Part shown: positions 1 to 8,525 of the stretch, one piece after another
Layout of the letters: the number at the start of each line of letters is the position of its first letter
Position numbering within the stretch: position 1 is the stretch's first letter
Assembly (NCBI GenBank): GCA_027013245.1
Contig: JALUXT010000111.1
Coordinates: 1-50,418 of the forward strand
Origin: Campylobacteraceae bacterium
Lineage (GTDB): Bacteria; Campylobacterota; Campylobacteria; Campylobacterales; Sulfurospirillaceae
Length of the DNA stretch: 50,418 nt
Direction of reading: 5' to 3'
Notes under the pieces: generated by a model
What the model was told of the DNA's origin: nothing
Database searches by the model: none
Seen by the model: only the letters and a program-made list of their open reading frames with translations
Program-made: the position numbers and the translations under genes

Positions 1-1
1 T

Positions 2-604
2 GAATTAAGTGGAATTTACCTTGATATTTCTAAAGATAGACTATACTGTGATGATAAAAATTCACAAACAAGAAGATCATCCCAAAGTGCTATGGCTCTT
101 ATCGCAAGAAGCATGCTAGCTCTTTATGCTCCAATACTCACATACAGCGTGGATGAGATATTAGAACATGCTCCAAAAATCATAAAAGGCGATTGTGAAG
201 ATGTTTTTGATTTAGTATATGAAGAGTTACCTGAAATCAAGATGCCTTTTGATGAAGCCTATATGATGCAAGCTAGAGAGAAATTTTTTGAGATAGTTGA
301 TAATCTTAAAAAAGATAAAAAGATAAAATCAACCTTGGAACTTGTTCTTTATTCAGCCTCAAATGAGCTTAAAAAATTAAGCAGCAACGACGCAGAAGAT
401 TGGTTTACAGTGAGCAATATCATATGTGCAAGTGCAGATAACCCAATCCAAAGTTTTAAAGTGGGTGCTGATGAATTTAATATATATTTTGCAAAAAGAT
501 ATAAATGCCCAAGATGCTGGAAATATAGAGCTAAAGAGGAAGACAATCTTTGTCCAAGATGTAAAGGCGAAAAACCAAAAGAGAGTTGTATTAGCGATGT
601 TTAG
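2..604 (+). CDS. ileS: Isoleucyl-tRNA synthetase, C-terminal part (gene starts before the window)
   Basis: Frame is open from base 2 (ELSGIYLDISKDRLYCD...RRSSQSAM, anticodon-binding domain). C-terminal zinc finger CPRCWKY...CPRC. Lies upstream of gatA as in Campylobacterota. Confidence 0.95.
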   Translation, partial: ELSGIYLDISKDRLYCDDKNSQTRRSSQSAMALIARSMLALYAPILTYSVDEILEHAPKIIKGDCEDVFDLVYEELPEIKMPFDEAYMMQAREKFFEIVDNLKKDKKIKSTLELVLYSASNELKKLSSNDAEDWFTVSNIICASADNPIQSFKVGADEFNIYFAKRYKCPRCWKYRAKEEDNLCPRCKGEKPKESCISDV

Positions 605-704
605 TGAACCAGTAACTCTAAGATTTATCTTTGAGACAATCGGAGTTATATTTGTTTTCATTGCGATAAGCATATTTTTAGTAAAAAGCAGGAGTATGAA
701 TTGA
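597..704 (+). CDS. Small single-TM hydrophobic protein (35 aa, MFSEPVTLRFIFETIGVIFVFIAISIFLVKSRSMN)
   Basis: ATG at 597 overlaps the ileS end and the stop overlaps the gatA TTG start. Fills the ileS-gatA gap exactly and has one hydrophobic helix. Confidence 0.6.
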   Translation: MFSEPVTLRFIFETIGVIFVFIAISIFLVKSRSMN

Positions 705-2056
705 TAACATTAAAAGAAGCTCTTAGCCTTCCCAAAGAAGAGATAGCACATGTTAGGCAAGATTTAATAAAAAAGATAGAAGATAAAAAAGAGATAGGCG
801 CTTATATAGAACAGTTGACAAATACGGAAATTTCTCAGTATATGGATGGCATCCCAATAGCTATAAAAGATAATATCCAAGTAAATGGCTGGGAAGTAAC
901 GAGTGGTTCAAACATACTTCAAGGTTACATTGCCCCATATAACGCAACGGTTATAAACAATATGCTACATCACGGCTTATCCCCATTTGGTAGAACAAAT
1001 ATGGATGAATTTGCTATGGGAAGCTCGACTGAGAGTTCGTTTTATGGCAAAACTAGAAACCCTCATGATTTAAGCAGAGTGCCAGGAGGAAGCAGTGGCG
1101 GAAGTGCGGCAGCAGTGGCTGGGGGCATCGCAATAGCGGCTCTTGGAAGCGATACAGGTGGAAGTATCAGACAGCCTGCGTCTTTTTGTGGTTGCGTTGG
1201 TATGAAACCAACATATGGAAAAGTAAGTAGATATGGACTTGGAGCATATTCTAGCTCACTTGACCAAATAGGACCAATCACTCAAAATGTTGAAGATGCA
1301 GCCATTTTGTATGACATCATAGCAGGACATGAAAGCCGTGATTCCACTAGTGCAAATATCGCTCATAAAAAAGTATCTGATGCTTTAAATCCAGACAAAA
1401 AGATGACTATCGCAGTGATAGAAAACTATCTTAGCGAAGCAAATGCGGATGTGCAAGAAAAGATGAGAGAGAGCATAAAAGCACTTGAGCTTGCAGGCCA
1501 TAAAATCATATATAAAAACTTTATAAATACAAAATACGATATAGCAACCTACTACATCATAGCAACCGCAGAAGCGAGTGCAAATCTTAGTAGATATGAT
1601 GGAGTAAGATATGGCAACAGGCAATCAAACGAGAGCTTAAAAGACATGTATCTACAAAGTAGAAGCCTTGGATTTGGTGAAGAAGTAAAGAGACGAATCT
1701 TGCTTGGAACTTTTGTTTTGAGTAGTGGATATTATGATGCTTACTACATAAAAGCACAAAAAGCTAGACATTTTATAAAAAAACAATATGAAGAGATTTT
1801 TGAAGAGGCAGATTTGATATTTGCTCCAGTTGCTCCAACTCCTGCATTTGAATTTGGAAGTAAAAAAGACCCGCTTGAGATGTATTTAAGTGATGCATAT
1901 ACAATCTCTTTAAATCTTGCAGGACTCCCGGGAATTTCAGTTCCATTGGGTAAAAATGCACAGGGTTTACCAATAGGTGGACAATTGATAGGAAAAGCAT
2001 ATGGCGAACAAGAGCTTTTTAACGGAGCTATGAGTTTAGAAAGAGAATTAAAATAA
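701..2056 (+). CDS. gatA: Asp-tRNA(Asn)/Glu-tRNA(Gln) amidotransferase subunit A
   Basis: Amidase signature GGSSGGSAAAVA and GSDTGGSIRQPA; SANLSRYDGVRYG; EVKRRILLGT. SD AGGAG upstream. Confidence 0.97.
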   Translation: MITLKEALSLPKEEIAHVRQDLIKKIEDKKEIGAYIEQLTNTEISQYMDGIPIAIKDNIQVNGWEVTSGSNILQGYIAPYNATVINNMLHHGLSPFGRTNMDEFAMGSSTESSFYGKTRNPHDLSRVPGGSSGGSAAAVAGGIAIAALGSDTGGSIRQPASFCGCVGMKPTYGKVSRYGLGAYSSSLDQIGPITQNVEDAAILYDIIAGHESRDSTSANIAHKKVSDALNPDKKMTIAVIENYLSEANADVQEKMRESIKALELAGHKIIYKNFINTKYDIATYYIIATAEASANLSRYDGVRYGNRQSNESLKDMYLQSRSLGFGEEVKRRILLGTFVLSSGYYDAYYIKAQKARHFIKKQYEEIFEEADLIFAPVAPTPAFEFGSKKDPLEMYLSDAYTISLNLAGLPGISVPLGKNAQGLPIGGQLIGKAYGEQELFNGAMSLERELK

Positions 2057-2069
2057 AAAACAGGAGAGT

Positions 2070-2151
2070 AAAATGAGATACAGAGTTTTTACTCGCGCAA
2101 TAGGGCGAGGAATTTTTGCGGAATTTACTTCCGTAAAAAGGGGACATTAAA
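2070..2151 (+). repeat. Structured leader element, copy 1 (contains a 25-codon uORF at 2073..2150)
   Basis: Shares ATACAGAG, CTCG, GCGAGGAATTT and AAGGGG blocks and three hairpins with 13108..13192. uORF MRYRVFTRAIGRGIFAEFTSVKRGH has SD CAGGAG and stops 1 nt before the guaB ATG. Confidence 0.75.
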
Positions 2152-3600
2152 ATGAAGATACGCAAAAGAGCTTTAACATTTGAAGATGTTTTGATGGTGC
2201 CACAGTACTCAGAAGTTTTACCAAAGCAAGTAAAATTAAATTCTATGCTAACTAAAAACATAGCTTTAAACATACCTCTTGTTTCAGCTGCTATGGATAC
2301 AGTAACAGAACATAGAGCTGCAATCATGTTAGCTAGACTTGGAGGCATCGGCATTATCCATAAAAATATGGATATAAAAGAGCAAGCAAGAGAGATTCAA
2401 AGAGTTAAAAAAAGTGAAAGCGGAATCATCATAGACCCTGTTTCTGTGCATTTTGATTCAAGTGTGCGAGAAGCAGCAGATATCATGAGTGAGTATAGAA
2501 TCTCTGGAGTTCCTGTTATAAATGATGATGATATATTGATTGGAATTTTGACAAATAGAGATTTAAGATTTGAAACTATGTTTGATAAAAAAGTTGGTGA
2601 AGTGATGACTCCTATGCCTCTTATCACAGTTTCAAAAGGAACTACACTTGACCAAGCTGAAGAGATATTTAAAACAAATAAAGTGGAAAAACTCCCAGTT
2701 GTCGGAAAAAATAACAAACTAGAAGGTTTGATTACTATAAAAGATTTGAAGAAAAGAAAAGAGTATCCAAATGCAAATAAAGATGAATTTGGAAGACTTA
2801 TAGTCGGAGCTGCCATCGGCGTTGGACAAGTGGATAGAGCTACAGCTCTTGTAAAAGCTGGCGTTGATGTACTTGTTTTAGACTCTGCCCATGGTCACTC
2901 AAAAGGCATCATAGATACCGTAAGAAAGATAAAAGAGTTGTTAGATGTTGATATAATAGCTGGAAATATAGCCACTAAAGAAGCCGCACTAGCTCTCATA
3001 GAAGCTGGAGCTGACGCGGTTAAAGTGGGAATTGGACCTGGAAGTATATGCACTACTAGAATAGTAGCAGGTGTTGGAGTTCCTCAAATCTCAGCCATAG
3101 AAGAGTGTAGCGAAATTGGTAAAGCTCACGGAGTGCCAATCATAGCAGATGGCGGTATAAAATACTCTGGTGATTTAGCAAAAGCACTAGCTGTAGGAGC
3201 AAGCTCTGTGATGATAGGAAGTTTACTTGCGGGAACTGTTGAGAGTCCTGGCGAAATCATAACTTATCAAGGACGACAATATAAAACTTATAGAGGTATG
3301 GGAAGTATCGGAGCTATGGCTCAAGGCAGTACAGATAGGTATTTTCAAGATGGAACGGCTACAGATAAGTTAGTGCCTGAGGGCATCGAGGGAAGAGTTC
3401 CACTTATTGGCTCTATAAAAGATGTGGTTCATCAACTTATGGGTGGACTTAGGTCATCTATGGGTTATGTTGGTGGTAAAGATTTAATTGATTTTCAAGA
3501 TAAGGCTGAATTTGTAGAGATTACAAGTGCTGGTTTAAAAGAGAGTCATGTCCACGATGTTATAATCACACACGAAGCACCAAATTATAGGATAAATTAG
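2152..3600 (+). CDS. guaB: Inosine-5'-monophosphate dehydrogenase
   Basis: [12 protein letters not shown]; tandem CBS domains; catalytic [13 protein letters not shown]; KLVPEGIEG. Confidence 0.98.
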   Translation: MKIRKRALTFEDVLMVPQYSEVLPKQVKLNSMLTKNIALNIPLVSAAMDTVTEHRAAIMLARLGGIGIIHKNMDIKEQAREIQRVKKSESGIIIDPVSVHFDSSVREAADIMSEYRISGVPVINDDDILIGILTNRDLRFETMFDKKVGEVMTPMPLITVSKGTTLDQAEEIFKTNKVEKLPVVGKNNKLEGLITIKDLKKRKEYPNANKDEFGRLIVGAAIGVGQVDRATALVKAGVDVLVLDSAHGHSKGIIDTVRKIKELLDVDIIAGNIATKEAALALIEAGADAVKVGIGPGSICTTRIVAGVGVPQISAIEECSEIGKAHGVPIIADGGIKYSGDLAKALAVGASSVMIGSLLAGTVESPGEIITYQGRQYKTYRGMGSIGAMAQGSTDRYFQDGTATDKLVPEGIEGRVPLIGSIKDVVHQLMGGLRSSMGYVGGKDLIDFQDKAEFVEITSAGLKESHVHDVIITHEAPNYRIN

Positions 3601-3606
3601 GTATAT

Positions 3607-4710
3607 ATGAAAATTTTTACAAGCAGTGAGTATTTTGACGAGCAACTCTATCTTGAGAGTGGTCGTATTTTAGAAGGATATACTCTTGCTTATGAAACTT
3701 ATGGTGAGCTAAATTTCGATAAGACAAATGCTATAGTCGTTTTTCATGCACTTACAGGCTCACACCACGCAGCTGGCAAATACGAAGGCGACTCGAAGCC
3801 AGGTTGGTGGGATGGACTTATCGGTGATGGTAAAGTGATAGATACTACAAAATACTTTGTAATTTGCGTAAATATCCTTGGGAGCTGTTTTGGTTCAAGT
3901 GGACCTGTCAGCCAAACCAAAAAAGGACAAAAACCTCTTCGTATGAAGTTTCCTGTGATAACTATAAGTGATATGATTAATTCTCAGATGAGTCTTTTTA
4001 AAAGACTTGGAATCAACAAAGCTTATGCAGTTATTGGAGGCTCACTTGGTGGCATGCAAGCACTTTGTGTTGGAGTTGAACACCCAGAATTTACAGATAG
4101 AGTGATTATGCTAGCCTCTACCTATGCGACAAGCCCTTGGGCGATATCGTTTAATAAGTTGGCCATGGAAGGCATCGTAAAAGACCCAAGATTTCAAGAT
4201 GGCAATTATAAAAAAGAAGATTTTGAAGAGAGTGGATTAAATGGTTTTGCTATAGGTAGGATGGCTGGGCATATTAGCTTTTTAAGCCCAGAGTCTATGC
4301 AAAAGAAATTTGGTAGAAATTATGTTGAAACAGATGGTTTGTATGAGCTTTTTGGAAGATTTCAAGTTGAGAGATATATGGAATATAATGGACAAAACTT
4401 TGCAAAAAGATTTGACCCGTTAAGTTATCTTTATATCATAAAAGCGATGAATATATTTGATGCTTCAAGAAATAAGGATTCTCTAAGTGCTTCACTAAAA
4501 AGTATAAAAGCCAAGATAACACTTGTATCTTTTAGGGGTGATATGCTTTTCATGCCAAGTGAAATGGAGACGATAAGAGACTCTTTAAAAGACTTAGGAA
4601 GAGGCGAACGAGTTGAGTATCATTGTGTAGATAGTAACTACGGGCACGATGCATTTTTAGTAGAATATGATAAATTTGATTTTTATATAAGGAAGGCATT
4701 AGATGGATAA
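3607..4710 (+). CDS. metX: Homoserine O-acetyltransferase
   Basis: YETYG; HALTG; GWWDGLIG; nucleophile GGSLGG; GHDAFL catalytic His. Confidence 0.93.
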   Translation: MKIFTSSEYFDEQLYLESGRILEGYTLAYETYGELNFDKTNAIVVFHALTGSHHAAGKYEGDSKPGWWDGLIGDGKVIDTTKYFVICVNILGSCFGSSGPVSQTKKGQKPLRMKFPVITISDMINSQMSLFKRLGINKAYAVIGGSLGGMQALCVGVEHPEFTDRVIMLASTYATSPWAISFNKLAMEGIVKDPRFQDGNYKKEDFEESGLNGFAIGRMAGHISFLSPESMQKKFGRNYVETDGLYELFGRFQVERYMEYNGQNFAKRFDPLSYLYIIKAMNIFDASRNKDSLSASLKSIKAKITLVSFRGDMLFMPSEMETIRDSLKDLGRGERVEYHCVDSNYGHDAFLVEYDKFDFYIRKALDG

Positions 4711-4900
4711 TGAGATAAGCTTTGAAGATAAGTTAAAAAGTGCAAAAGAGATTTTAGAAAAATTAAGCAGCCCAAGTATCACACTAAAAGATGGTATGAA
4801 TGAATACAAAAAAGGCATAGCAATACTAAACGAAGCTACTAAAATGATAGAAGATGCCAAACTAGAGTATGAAAAACTCCAAATAGACAAGCACTCATGA
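4703..4900 (+). CDS. xseB: Exodeoxyribonuclease VII small subunit
   Basis: 65 aa; SFEDKL..AKEILEKL...ITLKDGM..YKKG pattern. Confidence 0.9.
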   Translation: MDNEISFEDKLKSAKEILEKLSSPSITLKDGMNEYKKGIAILNEATKMIEDAKLEYEKLQIDKHS

Positions 4901-5691
4901 AATGTGCCGCACTTCAACTTTCTACTCTTCCTATGAGTGAAGCAAAATTAGATTATTATTTTAGAATTTGTGAGAAAAAAGGTGTGGAGCTTATTTTATT
5001 GAGTGAATATGCACTAAATAGTTTTTTTAAAGAGTTAGAGACTATGCCGATTCTTATGATAAAAGAGCAGACAAATCACAAAATAAAAATTTTAAAAGAT
5101 TTATGCAGTAGATACAATATCACAGCAATTGCTCCGATTGTTTTGGTTAAAGGTGAAAAACTGTTTAAATCTGTTGCAAAATTTTCGCCTAAAAGTGTGC
5201 ATTATTATAATCAGCAATTTTTGATAAATTTTAAACATTGGGATGAAGAAAAGTTTTTTGACAATGTTGTAGAGATATTTTCTACACCAATATTTACATT
5301 AAATAAGATAAGATTTGGAATCATAAGTGGTTATGAGGCACATTTTGATGCAGTTTGGATGGATGCTATGAAAAAAAATGTAGATGTGGTTTTGATGCCA
5401 TCATCTTCAACATTTGATTCTGCAAATAGATGGCAAGCTATGCTAAAAACAAGAGCATTTTTAAACTCTATGTACATTTTAAGAGCCAATAGAGTAGGAA
5501 ATTACAGTGATGATAAAATATCTTGGAGGTTTTATGGACATAGTAAACTAGTAAATCCTTACGGAGAGATTGAACTCTCACTTGGGCACAAAGAAGAGAT
5601 ACTTCTATGCGATATAGAAAAAGAAGAGTCTTTAAATGCAAAAAAACTATGGGGCTGGAAAAAGCAACTCGCTAAAAGGGGTCAGGGTTAA
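4897..5691 (+). CDS. Carbon-nitrogen hydrolase (nitrilase superfamily) protein
   Basis: AALQL...LSEY; ANRVG; FYGHSKLVNPYG. The typical catalytic Cys position reads ISGYE. Confidence 0.85.
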   Translation: MKCAALQLSTLPMSEAKLDYYFRICEKKGVELILLSEYALNSFFKELETMPILMIKEQTNHKIKILKDLCSRYNITAIAPIVLVKGEKLFKSVAKFSPKSVHYYNQQFLINFKHWDEEKFFDNVVEIFSTPIFTLNKIRFGIISGYEAHFDAVWMDAMKKNVDVVLMPSSSTFDSANRWQAMLKTRAFLNSMYILRANRVGNYSDDKISWRFYGHSKLVNPYGEIELSLGHKEEILLCDIEKEESLNAKKLWGWKKQLAKRGQG

Positions 5692-5735
5692 ACTTTTAAC
5701 TTTTTTAAAAAGTTAAAAGTTTAACCCTGACCCCT
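5677..5735. repeat. 59-bp perfect palindrome (29-bp arms, 1-nt centre), REP/MITE-like
   Basis: AGGGGTCAGGGTTAAACTTTTAACTTTTT-T-AAAAAGTTAAAAGTTTAACCCTGACCCCT. Confidence 0.9.
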
Positions 5736-5748
5736 AAAAGGAAAAAAA

Positions 5749-6882
5749 TTGAAATTTGAACCATATCCGTTTGAAAAATTAACACAATTGTTAAAAGATA
5801 TAAAACCATCGCAAGAGCATAGTGAAGCAATTTTGACTATCGGTGAGCCTCAGTTTGAAACACCTTTGATTATACAAGATGAGCTTAAAAATAGCACTAA
5901 GCTTTTGAAAAAATACCCCAAAACTGCTGGTGAAGAGTATCTTAAAATTGCTCAGTTAGGTTTTGTAAAGAGAAGATTTGGGGTTGAGCTAGAACAAGAT
6001 GAGTTGATACCAACATTTGGTACTAGAGAAGTTCTTTTTAACTTTCCTCAGTTTTTACTTTTTGATGTGAAAAATCCTACTATAGCTTTTACTAATCCTT
6101 TTTATCAGATATATGAAGGTGCCGCAACTGCTTGTAGGGCTGATGTGATTCATCTAAATTTGACAAAAGAAAATGACTTTAAACCTGATATTAGCGATAT
6201 AAGATTAAAAAAGGCAAACTTGGTTATTTTAAATTTTCCAAATAACCCCACCTCTTCAACTATGAGTAAATATGAGTTGGCTAGATGGGTAAAATTAGCA
6301 TTAAAATACGATTTTGTATTGATGAACGATGAATGTTATAGTGAGATTTACTCAAATAATGCACCTGTTTCTTTGCTTGAGGCTAGTTTACATGTAGGAA
6401 ATATGGACTTTAAAAATATACTAGTCATAAACTCTATTTCTAAAAGAAGTAGTGCTCCTGGACTTAGGTCTGGTTTTATAGCAGGTGATAAAAATATATT
6501 AAAAGAGTACTCAAAATACAGAACTTATGTGGGAACTGCAATTCCCCTGCCTTTGCAAAAAGCAGCTAGTATTGCTTGGAGTGATGACTTACATGTAGAA
6601 AATTCAAGGGCAGTTTATAAGAAAAACCTAGAATTGGCAAGTGAGATTTTAGGTGTTAAAAAAAGTGACGCTACTTTTTATGTTTGGCTTGAAGTTGATA
6701 ATGATTTAGAATTTACAAAAAGATTATATGAAAAGAAAAATGTAAAAGTTCTTCCTGGAAGTTTTTTGGGACGAGAGGGAATAGGAAGTGCTTATGTTCG
6801 TGTAGCGCTAGTTGAAAATAGTGAAAAGACGAAAGAAGTGTTGACAAGAATTAGCGACTTTACCAAGGAAGATAATATATGA
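5749..6882 (+). CDS. dapC: PLP-dependent class I/II aminotransferase, probably succinyldiaminopimelate transaminase
   Basis: MKFEPYPFEKL; LTIGEP; GTREVLFNF; NFPNNP; DECYSE; SISKRSSAPGLRSG. Confidence 0.8.
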   Translation: MKFEPYPFEKLTQLLKDIKPSQEHSEAILTIGEPQFETPLIIQDELKNSTKLLKKYPKTAGEEYLKIAQLGFVKRRFGVELEQDELIPTFGTREVLFNFPQFLLFDVKNPTIAFTNPFYQIYEGAATACRADVIHLNLTKENDFKPDISDIRLKKANLVILNFPNNPTSSTMSKYELARWVKLALKYDFVLMNDECYSEIYSNNAPVSLLEASLHVGNMDFKNILVINSISKRSSAPGLRSGFIAGDKNILKEYSKYRTYVGTAIPLPLQKAASIAWSDDLHVENSRAVYKKNLELASEILGVKKSDATFYVWLEVDNDLEFTKRLYEKKNVKVLPGSFLGREGIGSAYVRVALVENSEKTKEVLTRISDFTKEDNI

Positions 6883-8186
6883 AATTCATCCATTTTGTAG
6901 GAATTGGCGGTATCGGACTCTCTGGATTGGCTAGATATCTTCAAAAAGAAGGTTTTGTAGTAAGCGGCTCAGATATAAAAGAAACAAAAATAACTAAAAA
7001 ATTAAGAGAAGAAGGTATAACAGTAAGCATCCCTCACGACGCTAAAAATATTAAAAACCAAGACCTTATTATCTACACATCAGTTGCAAAAGATGATAAT
7101 GTAGAATTAGTGGAATCGAGAAAAAGAAATATCTTGACCTTGTCCCGAAAAGATGCTCTTCCTTTGATATTAAAAGATAGAAGAGTGTTTGCAACATGTG
7201 GCGCTCATGGTAAAAGCACAACTTCTGCGATGCTAGCATCTATGGTCGAAGGCACTGTTATTATAGGTGCTGAAAGTAAGCAGTTTGATACAAATATGCA
7301 CTACCAAGTGAGCAATAACATCATCTTTGAAGCAGATGAAAGTGATGAGAGTTTTTTAAATTCAAACCCTTATGTGGCAGTTGTTACAAATGCAGAGCCA
7401 GAGCATATGGAGTATTATAATTATGATTTAAAAAGATTTTATGGGGCATATGAGCAGTTTTTAAAAAGTGCAACCATTAGAGTGATAAATGCCGAAGATG
7501 AGTTTCTTGGCACACTTGATAAGCTTGAAGCCATAAGACTGTACCCAAGTCGTGATTTAAAAGATATAAAAACATTCATTAAAAATGATGAGCCTTTTAC
7601 TTCGTTTATACTAAAAGATTTAGGAATATTTGAAGTGTGGGGCATCGGTGAGCATATCGTGATCGATGCTTCGTTGGCGGTACTAGCGAGTTTGAGTGAG
7701 ATGGATATAGAAACCGCAAGGGCGAGACTTAAAAACTATAGAGGCATCAAAAAGAGATTTGATATCATAGAAAAAGAGGATAATTTTGCTTTGATTGATG
7801 ATTATGGCCATCATCCCACCGAGATAACAGCCACTATGCATTCTGCTAAAAAATATGCCAAAATGATGAATTTAGAAAAGATAACTGTGGTTTGGCAACC
7901 TCATAAATACTCAAGAGTTTATGATAACCTAAAAGGTTTTGTCGAGTGTTTCGCTGGAGTTGATAAACTTATAATTCTTCCTGTTTGGAGTGTTGGTGAA
8001 AAGAAAATAGATATAGATTTTGAAAAAGAGTTCAAAAGATATAACCCTATCTTTGCAAAAAGTGTCATCAAAAAAACAAAATCATTGGATTTGGTGATAG
8101 ATAGCAAGATAGATAAAAAGCTAGACAGCGGCTTAGTCATCGGTTTTGGTGCTGGCGATATCACATATCAATTGCGAGGTGCATAA
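6879..8186 (+). CDS. murC: UDP-N-acetylmuramate--L-alanine ligase
   Basis: HFVGIGGIGLSG; GAHGKSTT; FEADESD; DDYGHHPTEI. Confidence 0.96.
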   Translation: MKFIHFVGIGGIGLSGLARYLQKEGFVVSGSDIKETKITKKLREEGITVSIPHDAKNIKNQDLIIYTSVAKDDNVELVESRKRNILTLSRKDALPLILKDRRVFATCGAHGKSTTSAMLASMVEGTVIIGAESKQFDTNMHYQVSNNIIFEADESDESFLNSNPYVAVVTNAEPEHMEYYNYDLKRFYGAYEQFLKSATIRVINAEDEFLGTLDKLEAIRLYPSRDLKDIKTFIKNDEPFTSFILKDLGIFEVWGIGEHIVIDASLAVLASLSEMDIETARARLKNYRGIKKRFDIIEKEDNFALIDDYGHHPTEITATMHSAKKYAKMMNLEKITVVWQPHKYSRVYDNLKGFVECFAGVDKLIILPVWSVGEKKIDIDFEKEFKRYNPIFAKSVIKKTKSLDLVIDSKIDKKLDSGLVIGFGAGDITYQLRGA

Positions 8187-8525
8187 GTGCAAATAGTTCT
8201 ATTTTTACTTCTTATTTTGGCTGTTTTATTGGCATTTGTTTCCAAAAATGATTCACTTGCGAAAATAACTAAGATTTATATAATAATTTCTTTGGTGTTG
8301 GTTTTCGCAGTTGGATGGTTGTTTACCGTTTATAATCAAAATGTAGCCGAACATGATAGAGGGATCGTAAATGCTTACAGACAAGGTAAAATTCTAACTT
8401 GCGGTGATTATAAAGTGGATATAAACTCTTTTTCATTTATAAGCGGAACTCTTAGTTTTGTAGCAAAAGAAGATAAAAAAGAGTTAAAAGGTATCGTTAT
8501 AGATATCTCTACATGTAAGAGATGA
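8187..8525 (+). CDS. Small membrane protein with two N-terminal TM helices, function unknown
   Basis: GTG start directly after murC; two hydrophobic segments; overlaps the mutS2 start. Confidence 0.8.
   Translation: MQIVLFLLLILAVLLAFVSKNDSLAKITKIYIIISLVLVFAVGWLFTVYNQNVAEHDRGIVNAYRQGKILTCGDYKVDINSFSFISGTLSFVAKEDKKELKGIVIDISTCKR

Noticed and set aside
426-596. N-terminal part of the 92-aa ORF 426..704
   Set aside because: Overlaps ileS out of frame; only the 597..704 portion is plausible.
2073-2150. Treating the two uORFs as a conserved small-protein family
   Set aside because: Beyond the N-terminal YR the shared nucleotides are read in different frames, so peptide sequence is not conserved.
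5677-5735. CRISPR repeat or simple terminator
   Set aside because: Single unit with no spacers; no U tract after the stem, and it lies between co-oriented, tightly packed genes.
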